Below are positions 54,601 through 62,697 of a stretch of DNA of 64,000 bases, one piece after another. The translations under genes and the position numbers were made by a program. Origin of the DNA: Octopus sinensis (taxonomy: Eukaryota); assembly GCF_006345805.1 (NCBI RefSeq), contig NC_042998.1, positions 39,122,001-39,186,000 of the forward strand, written 5' to 3'. The notes under the pieces were generated by a model that was not told the DNA's origin, made no database searches, and saw only the letters and a program-made list of their open reading frames with translations. Position 1 is the first letter of the stretch, and every line of letters begins with the position of its first letter.

Positions 54601-57600
54601 GTAATATTCTCTTCATTTTAGCATTAGAATGAGAATCCATCTTAGGGTTTGGGAAGCGAACGCTTATTAGCAAAGGTTGGTGTTTCAGATGAAACTTTTG
54701 AATATCACTGGTTGAGAACGAAATGGTAATAAAATCAATCGAATGTATTGTCTTTCATGTTTGAGTCAGCCACCAATAACTCACTTGAGTTATTTTCCTT
54801 AGCTCACTCTTTCTAATTACATGAATTCTGTGGAACAAAATGTTTTGCAACATTTTTTTTTTTCTTTTTACAAGAAAACTCTGTCCATTGATGAAAGTAG
54901 ATTGAGAAGACCCAGGAATATATCGACAAATGACGAATGCAACAACGCATTGCAACGGTGCATGCCATCCACACCTCACCTTACCTGACGGTGAATTCAG
55001 TCTACAACGTGTTTTCTTGACATGTTTGAAGCCAGTTTTTAAATCCATTTGAAACACTGACGCATTTGAAAAATTCGTGAACTTCATTCCATCTCCACCT
55101 CGAAACCAACAATGAATAGCATCTTTGTTTGTACATGTTTACATCTTGGTGATAGGAATTGTTGAAATGGTTCAGACAGAACAACAGTTTATGAGAGGCT
55201 GTCTTGGTCAATAATACCAAAACAGCATCAAAGATACAGAACAGAATCAATGTCACTTCGACACAACAGACATCATCCATATCATAATGTTCAGATTTAC
55301 AAAAATCTACGTTAGGTGGGCTGAAACAGGCTATACCAGATTAACGAAGATTTTGCAAAAATACATTGTCCTTGAGTAATCTTTATATCCAACTAAACAT
55401 GGATGTCTTGTTAGAGTACTGAATACCCTGTGTTTATTAGCCTTTAGATATCCTCTCATATACACATTTGGCACATAAAAGCAAACATAGATCATAGAGA
55501 ATCTTCTGCCATGGGCACTGGTGTTCTAACAAGACATGGATATAAAGATTACTTTCTGGTAATTAATACAGCTTCTGTTGCTAGTAATTAACTTTTAATA
55601 AGCCTTCTGACTTTGTTTTATTTCATTATTTAAATACTGAAAAATTTCATAAAAATTTCTCATTATTAAGTTGGTCTTTGTTAACCCTTCCCTGTATTGA
55701 TGAAACTCGATTGGATGATTGGTTGGATGAAACTCGACAGGATTTCCAAAAATTTTTTTAAATTGTCTGCTAACTTACAGGTACTTGAAGCATTAAAAAA
55801 GACTCATCACAGTAGTATCTTATTTTCAAAGTCAACACAAAAACATTGCACTTGCCTGGGTACCCGTTCGACCACAAACGAGGTCAATTTCAGCATTCAC
55901 TCCAGAATCAATATCCTCAACAAACAGTTGATTGAAAATGGTTGTTCCAACCTTCACCAACTGTTAAAGAGAAGTTGTTGGCTTAAAAAAATGGCATCAG
56001 AACGTCTACACAATTCAAAACATCGAAAGATATATATGCTTTAGGAAAGAAGTCGGAATGAAGAGTTTAAATGATACCATGTTCACTCGTATACATGTGC
56101 GCACACAAAAGCAGACACACATACATACATACATCGTTTAAATTTGTTTACGGGAAACGTTTTGAATATGCAAGTAAAGCTCCTATTCCATTATGCCAGC
56201 CACACTCTAATGATGCTGCCTGGGTGAACAGTTTTGGGGGTTGCATTGATATCCACGAATACTATGGATTACATTCTAATCATCCCAGGAATACAAACTA
56301 TGATCATGAGACATGTGATTTGTGGAAACGCACGTAGTTAGAACCTACAAATACACTCACATATAAGTAATTTTATATCACTCCATTTAGAATTAGAAAT
56401 TTATGAATATATATATAGAGATAGATAAATTTTATTCAATAGGAGGAACTGATAAGCCTTGTTAGTACAGTCCTACATAGTTTTACATATAGAGACATCT
56501 ATTCACGCACAAATAATATTGCTATAGAAATATACGCAATATTCATTCTATAATTGCACGTCGTTAATGTATATTAAGAGCCCCTTTGATCACGAGGGAC
56601 CATGATTGCACCTAGAAAGTTCTCCTCCGAGGCATGAAGTTGTTTGTGGAAGACCAGCAGTCGCCCATGCATGCCAATCTCACCTCTTCACACCCCTGAT
56701 GTTGTCCAAGGAAAAGGGAAAGGCTGACACAGCTTGGTACCGAGTGAACTGGAGCAACGTGACATAAAGTGTCTTGCTCAAGAACACAACATGGGAATCG
56801 AACTCACAACCGTACAGTTGTAAGTCCAACGCTCTAACCACTGAGCCATGTGCCTTCACTAAAGGTATATGCATATTAATAAATAATGACAAATATATCT
56901 ACACTATAACTGTACCCACTAATACTCTTAATATTAGGTATTATCATATTAAATGTGTGTATTCACGCATGCATGCATGTACAGGGTGTCAAAAAATGTA
57001 TATACATTTTAACAGCTTTTAATTTCTTTTTAGACTTAAGCCAACAGAAATAATTAGGAGTCAGACAAAGTTTTGAACAAGGGAAATTTGTCCTAGGGAG
57101 CTAATGGAAGCTGGGAAATGCATTCCAAAGGCAAAGACATTTCGGTGGGGGGGGGGGTCAGACAGATCTATCTACGTAACTTAACATCATTCAAATCAGA
57201 TAAATGTTTGAATTCAGATATCCAGAAAAAATTTCCCAAAAGTCCACAAACATTGATAAGGGATCTTTTCCTTTTGAACGCCACATTTCAAAACAATTTC
57301 TAGTTAACTAAACACTTTTAAACTTCGTATACTGGTAGAATGTGTTTATAAAACATAATTTTTTCTTGGCTTTATTGAGAAAATTCTATAGTTTGTAAGA
57401 TATTTCGTTTGAAATTTCGAGCATTTCGGCAATTTTAACCAATCGCTGACCTCCATTTGGGGTGAAAACATTCCATGCTGTATGAATATGTCCCTTGTTT
57501 AAGAAACAGATTGGGTTTATTTACATTTGCGAAGAAAAAAAGATACCTTTCCCCCACCCCTAACCCTAAATCTAAAATAGATTGAAATGCAATAGATCGA

Positions 57601-60600
57601 TACTAGGGTTATAATTATGGGTGACAATTTCATACGAAACCGCTACGGAAAATGGGATTTTTTCTAGCGGTGTCTAGCGTTCAAAAGGAAAAGATCCTTG
57701 ATAAGCCCTAAAAAGCACGAAAATATACTAGAAAGGCATTTCCAGAATTCAAGAAAATCGGCGATCTTACAGTACAAGTACCATAACAGCCAATTATAAA
57801 CCCACGTGGGTTTGTTTACATTTCTGAAGAAAAAAGAAAACCCTTTTCCTCCACCCCTAACCCTAACACAAACCATAACCGTAACCCTAACCCTCCATAT
57901 AAAAAAAAAAAACTTTACGGAGAGTGACGATCTTCTTGTTCAAATGTAAACAAACACACGTAGCAATTATGGTACTTGTACCGTAAGATCGCCAGAAAAT
58001 CTATGCAGCATGTAAATCGTGAGATAGACATTTAAAAATATTATTTTGAAGCGGTGTCATAAGAAAAGTTACCTTCCAATGATAGTCCATGCTCGGATGG
58101 TTCTGGGCCGAAGAGTGGTCTTTGGCAAGATGTGTGGAAGATCCACACTTTCCAACAAAAATTGTTTGGAGTGATGAGTCTACATTAAAATTAAGTGGCC
58201 CGGTTACCACCTCAATTGCACCTACTGGCAACTTTAGAATGTGCAAACTACGTGTTAATCTATCGGGAGTTACAGTATGGACTGATTTGATCATCAAAAC
58301 GATTGATTAGATCATTCTTTTTTGACAGTGACTGGTCTCATTTACTTGAACCGACTGCAACATCTGTCCTGCTATGCTTTCAAAAGGACTTTGAAGATTT
58401 GAAGTCTATTTCCAACATGAAAATAAGGGACCCACAATGAGATTTTGTTAACAGGTGGATTGAACGAAGAGGACCAGTAAAACACCCTCTGTGTTTACCA
58501 GACCTCAGTTCATTAAACTTTTTTATAGGAATACTTAAAAGATATGGTTTACTGTAAAAACAAAACTGGCAACATTTAATGAATTGAGGGTATGCATTGA
58601 ACGGGAATGTGCACAAATACCAAACGAAATGTTTCTTGGTGTTTGCGATTCCGTTGCTTTTTGTTATCAGCAAGGCCTGGACAAGAACGATCATCAGTTT
58701 GAAAAAATGCGTTCGTAAAATATTAAATTTTGTAAATTAAATCTATTTTAAGAAACACTGACTTCATAATCATTCAATGTGTGTATGTGTGTATAATGAC
58801 GATGAAAGGCTGTAGAGATACTTACTTCAGAAACTGCCGTTTTGTAAGGAAGACCTTCGAATTTCGGAGGATTATCGTTAACATCTTTAACGTAAATGAC
58901 TAATGTTTTTTTATTCTACAAACAATAGAATGGGAAAGCATTATTTCATGTGAAAATTAACAGAAAGTGAACATTCGATTATAACAAAGATATGTTTACG
59001 ACAGCATATTGCTTGGCAATTGTGGCCCGGTGAATTATCGGGTCATTGCTTTGCCCTTAAGAATTTCGTATGGGTCAATACCTCTCTCTAAATGACATTA
59101 TAGAATTAGATTTCCGCTCTTAACTATAAAGACACTATCGTTAATTATTAAACTTTCCCTACTTACTATAGCAATATTCCCATTAGGACTTACTAACTTC
59201 CAGCTGTCAGCCTGTTTCCAAGCATTCTACTTCGATTCACTTTGTTGGAATTCTAACACTTCGAAGCTTTCAATTATTTTTTTCTGTCTTTCTAGATAAA
59301 TTAACGTCTGAAAGTAAAGAAATTGTCCTTTGGACTTAACTTTATCACAAGTCAATTAAAAACCGATGAATTCTATAGTACTCCAACAACAGAGAGGCTG
59401 TGTGCATCGGGGTACACAAAGTCAGCATTTATAGTCACTCGAATCAAAGTAACGAACATTGGCCATGAACACGTTAGAGTAAATGTTTAAAAGCGTCGGT
59501 CGTTCACTTATAAGAATGCTTTTAAGAATAACATAATTCTTCATGATAGAACGGAAGTGCAATGAAAGCTGGCGGATCTCAAAACGAAAAGATCCAAGCT
59601 GGCTGCTTCAAAAACGTGTCATACAAGAATACTTCATACTAACCTGATTGGGTTCCTGGTCACCGTTGTTTTTTTCGGTAGCAATAAATATTACTGTCAA
59701 GAGGTTTTCATTTTGACCGGGGTTCTTTATATCAAGCTGTCAACAGAAATGATAAGTTTGCCAATTATAAATTGATATGGTAATTATAATTTTAGCTTTA
59801 TAGCTGACAAAGATATAACTTATATCCTGCTTATAGTTACAGCAGCTTCAAGAGGTTCGCGATGGCTATTAGGTTATTGATAGTTTTACAGGATTACGAG
59901 GCACAAGCTTTCATTTAGATAGACTGCTAAGGCTATCACAAGTCCACATCCAGATCAGTGGTTCTCAACCATTATTTTTACCTATAGACCCTTTTCATTC
60001 TTATTTTACTCGGGTAGACCTTCATTGCCATTGGATGCTTAAAAACATACTTTTGTCTTTTTTATATAATTAAATATTATTAGGAATTGTGTAAAATGGC
60101 AAGACTTCCTTTTGTCACCACCACCCCCCAAAAAAAAACCTTTATTTATATTTATATTTATCTATTTTTTACAGAAACCCCCGTTTTCGGGTACGAAGAT
60201 AACGAATCTGAAAAGAAAAAAATGGCAAAAATCGGCATTTCAAAATTCCGATTCTGGGATCGGCACACATGGCGGGAACGTAATCCACCCGTTCCCGTAC
60301 ATTAAATAAGCCTTCAAGCAATCTATCCACATGCTAGAAATAACAGCCAATTCTCATACAAACTCTTTTTCGCACTTATTTTTTCATAAAATTTTTTTAC
60401 ATATACACTTCATATGGTCTAGAAGTCAATGGGGGATAAGTTTCGACAAATATCCCATACTGGCCAGTTTTGTTTCTTGGCGATAAAATTTCAGAGAAAT
60501 TTCCCGCAGTAAAAACAGGTATTATAAAAAAGTTAAAATGAAAAGTTATTGCCAGGAACTTGGGCTCCTAGCCAAACAAATGTGTTGCCCATTTGTAAAA

Positions 60601-62664
60601 CTATACTGAGCAAAATTTACAAAGTGAAGCGGGTCAGAAGATCTCACTCAGAGCACAGGTTTCAGTGCAACAAGAAAAGTTGTAAGAAGTCAGCGAAAAC
60701 CCAAATACCATTTTGGAAAGGAACTTGGTTTGGCCATAGCAATTTGTCTGGCAAAAAGTTAAAATTAAGTGTTCAGTTTTGTTTTTTTTCAACTGAATAT
60801 GTTGGAAATTTCCAAAGTGTTTTTTATTTTTTCCCCTACAAAATGAAACTTGAAAGGGCATTTACAAAAAATATGAGTACTGAAATGACAGCCAAATCTC
60901 CAACAGACTCTCTTGACACCCACCCACATATGTGATACACATACAACATGAATTCGTTGAAAATTTCAAAGAAAGTTCATGTTACATATCATTGGAATTT
61001 AAGGGAATAAACCTCAAAATTATGTTTTCAACATTGTATTCTGGGATCCTTGTATTCCATTTCGAAATTTCACACTGTGACAGAAAATAAAACAATATGA
61101 GTGCGCATGCACCATACCTGAAAAGGAAATCAGTTGACCCAACAAAACAAAAAAATAAATGAACATTTTCCTGTAACTTTCTGCTAAGCAATATTCACGA
61201 TAAAATAAATTTTGCTCAGTTATAGTTTTACAAGATGGGCAACGCATTTGTTTGGCTAGGGGCCCAAGTTCCTGGCAATAACTTTTTATTTTAACTTTTT
61301 TATAATACCACGGGAAATTTCTCTGTAATTTTATCGCCAAGAAACAAAGTCGGCCAGTATGGGATTTTCGTCGAAACTCATTCCCAATTGACTTCTAGGC
61401 CATATGAAGCATCAGGGTGGCATCATTTGAAAGCTGTGCATTGTGACCAGCGATGTATAACATCACATGATTGAAGTCATTATAAAAGTGGTTCAGAAAG
61501 TCGAGATATTCAACCAAATGTTTTTACTCAGAGAGAACTTTTCCTGTAACCTCCATTTTGGTTCAACCGGAAAAAATCAGTGTCATAGGGGAAGGTCGTT
61601 ATAGTTAGTAATATGCCTTGCAAATATTGTTGTGACTGTCTTACAATGTCAGTCACAGTTCATCTACAAAATGATTTAATCCAAAATGTCCTCAAACAAG
61701 ATTATCAAACAGTAAGAAATCACTTCTTGAGTTCACTAACCTCTCTGTCCAGACGTCGTTTCAAATAAACAGTTCCATTTTCATAACAGGCAACAGACTC
61801 TCCAATACAGGTATAAGTAATATTTTCACCTTCAGGATCATAGGCATCTAATTGTCCTAATATGGTACCTATAGTGGTTAGAAACATATATATATATGTG
61901 TGTGTGTGTGTATCAATTTTTACAAGGAAAAAGGTAATAGTGACTTCGAAGTTTTGATTTGCTCCTCTTCAATTTGCTTGGGTCCGATTTAGTTTTATAT
62001 AGTTTTCGATAAATTATATTTTTGGGTAGGTGAAGCTATGTAAATGGTAATTGAGTGTGGTGTAAGCAGACTGAGGAAGTGGTTGTGTGGGAATCGGGGA
62101 TAGGGGAGAAAAGAAAGAAAGTATGAGCTTGAAAAGTGTGGGTTAATTTTAATCAATGTTGGCATTGTTATGGTGAGATTTATTTTGGTTTGATAGATAA
62201 AGTTTAGATATTGTTTAGGGTGCAGCCAAGCGTAAAAGTAAAGAAGTAAAGAAATGTGTGAAATTCAGGTCACATCTTTCTTTGTGCAGAAAGTTATTTT
62301 GTTGTTTTGGAGTTCACAAAAGAATGCTTGTAGATAAATCATATATATATATACTGGCACGTGAAAAACAACATTCAAGCAAGGGTGTTGCCAGTGCCAC
62401 CGGACTGGTTCCTCTGCAGGTGACACCTAAAAAACACCATTTGAGTGTGGCCATTGCCAGTACCACCTGACTGGTCCTCGTGCCAGTGGCACGTAAAAGC
62501 ACCCACTGCACTCTCAGAGTAGTTGGCGTTAGGAAGGGCATCCAGTTGTAAAAACTCTGCCAGATCAGATTGGAGTCTGGTGCAGCCATCTGGCTCACCA
62601 GTCCCCAGTCAAACTGTCCAACCCATGCCAGCATGGAAAGCAGACGTTAAATGATGATGATATC

Positions 62665-62697
<33 letters not shown>

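Noticed and set aside
57550-57895. True or interstitial telomere
   Set aside because: Only a few degenerate CCCTAA units, embedded in MITE-like repeats inside an intron.
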